Origin: a virus
DNA: 40,181 nt
Reading direction: 5' to 3' (one strand)
Virus record (IMG/VR): IMGVR_UViG_3300020036_002545
Both the position numbers and the translations under genes were made by a program. Shown in pieces: positions 39,738 through 40,181 of this stretch (position 1 is its first letter; every line of letters starts with the position of its first letter). Below the pieces are notes generated by a model that ran no database searches, was not told the origin of the DNA, and saw nothing but the letters and a program-made list of their open reading frames with translations.

Positions 39738-40028
39738 ATGTCAGAAAAGAAATTCGCAGAAGGTATCTATTTCGAGAAGCGCAACGGTTCACCTGCATTC
39801 GTAGTAGGAAAACTCTCTGTAAAGGCAGAGAAGTTCATCCCATTCATCCAAGCTAACGTAAACAACGGAGGCTATGTGAACATGAACATCATGAAAGGAC
39901 GCGAAGAAGGAAAGTTCTACATCGAAGTAGACACATGGCAGCCTAAAGGAGCAAATAACAACAATAACACTGTTATGAACGTAGATTACCCAGAAAGCGA
40001 TATTAACTTTGCAGACTCTCCTTTCTAA
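39738..40028 (+). CDS. Putative ssDNA-binding protein
   Basis: 96 aa directly after the SSAP. Asn-rich linker and C-terminal DINFADSPF resemble the acidic/aromatic SSB C-terminal tip (DDDIPF). Confidence 0.45.
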   Translation: MSEKKFAEGIYFEKRNGSPAFVVGKLSVKAEKFIPFIQANVNNGGYVNMNIMKGREEGKFYIEVDTWQPKGANNNNNTVMNVDYPESDINFADSPF

Positions 40029-40030
40029 CC

Positions 40031-40181
40031 ATGAATAAAAAAAGAATAGAACTACTCGGAACGCTTCACATCAAAAAAGTACCAGAAGCACTCAAAGATA
40101 AAATATATAGTCATATAAAAGACCGCCGTGGTATGTCACAGTTTGTACGAGAGGCTATGGAGGAGAAATTAGCACGCGATA
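40031..40181 (+). CDS. Ribbon-helix-helix protein, N-terminal part (continues at 1..150 in the circular molecule)
   Basis: The ATG 40031 frame runs into the terminal repeat and matches frame 1 of bases 1-150. Confidence 0.6.
   Translation, partial: MNKKRIELLGTLHIKKVPEALKDKIYSHIKDRRGMSQFVREAMEEKLARD
40061..40181. repeat. Terminal direct repeat copy 2
   Basis: Identical to 1-121. Confidence 0.95.

Overview
The window is a complete tailed-phage genome. Bases 1-121 are identical to 40061-40181, so the unique length is 40060 bp and an RHH gene spans the junction. Every credible gene is on the + strand. The standard code applies: TAA, TAG and TGA all terminate long ORFs. Genes are tightly packed with many ATGA/TAATG overlaps, and almost no Shine-Dalgarno sequences are visible.

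Modules in order:
- Early and recombination genes (38.5 kb, through the junction, to about 6.7 kb): Rad52/Sak-like SSAP, SSB-like protein, several RHH regulators, NinB-like, NinG-like, a compact C5-MTase-like protein, two unusual repeat proteins and small membrane proteins.
- Packaging, with an embedded chaperonin pair: TerS, GroES-like, GroEL-like, GpA-type TerL.
- Head: portal, scaffold, MCP, decoration-like proteins.
- Tail, fibres and internal proteins: three proteins share one N-terminal adaptor; also a LamG protein.
- Lysis: XhlA-like protein, M23 peptidase, holin.
- A 6-kb accessory island (32.5-38.5 kb): zinc-ribbon mini-proteins, two further MTases, tRNA-Ile(UAU), tRNA-Arg(UCU), tRNA-like elements with aberrant anticodon domains, and at least six long-helix structured RNAs.

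I recognised no DNA polymerase, primase, helicase, initiator, integrase or RNA polymerase.

Most notable observations:
- GTTATCCACAG (a perfect DnaA box) recurs at cassette boundaries.
- A GroES/GroEL pair sits between the terminase genes.
- The RNA-rich tRNA island.
- tRNA or tRNA-like 3' ends abut start codons.

All calls rest on reading the sequence and the ORF translations by hand. Homology statements are motif-level recognition, not database searches.
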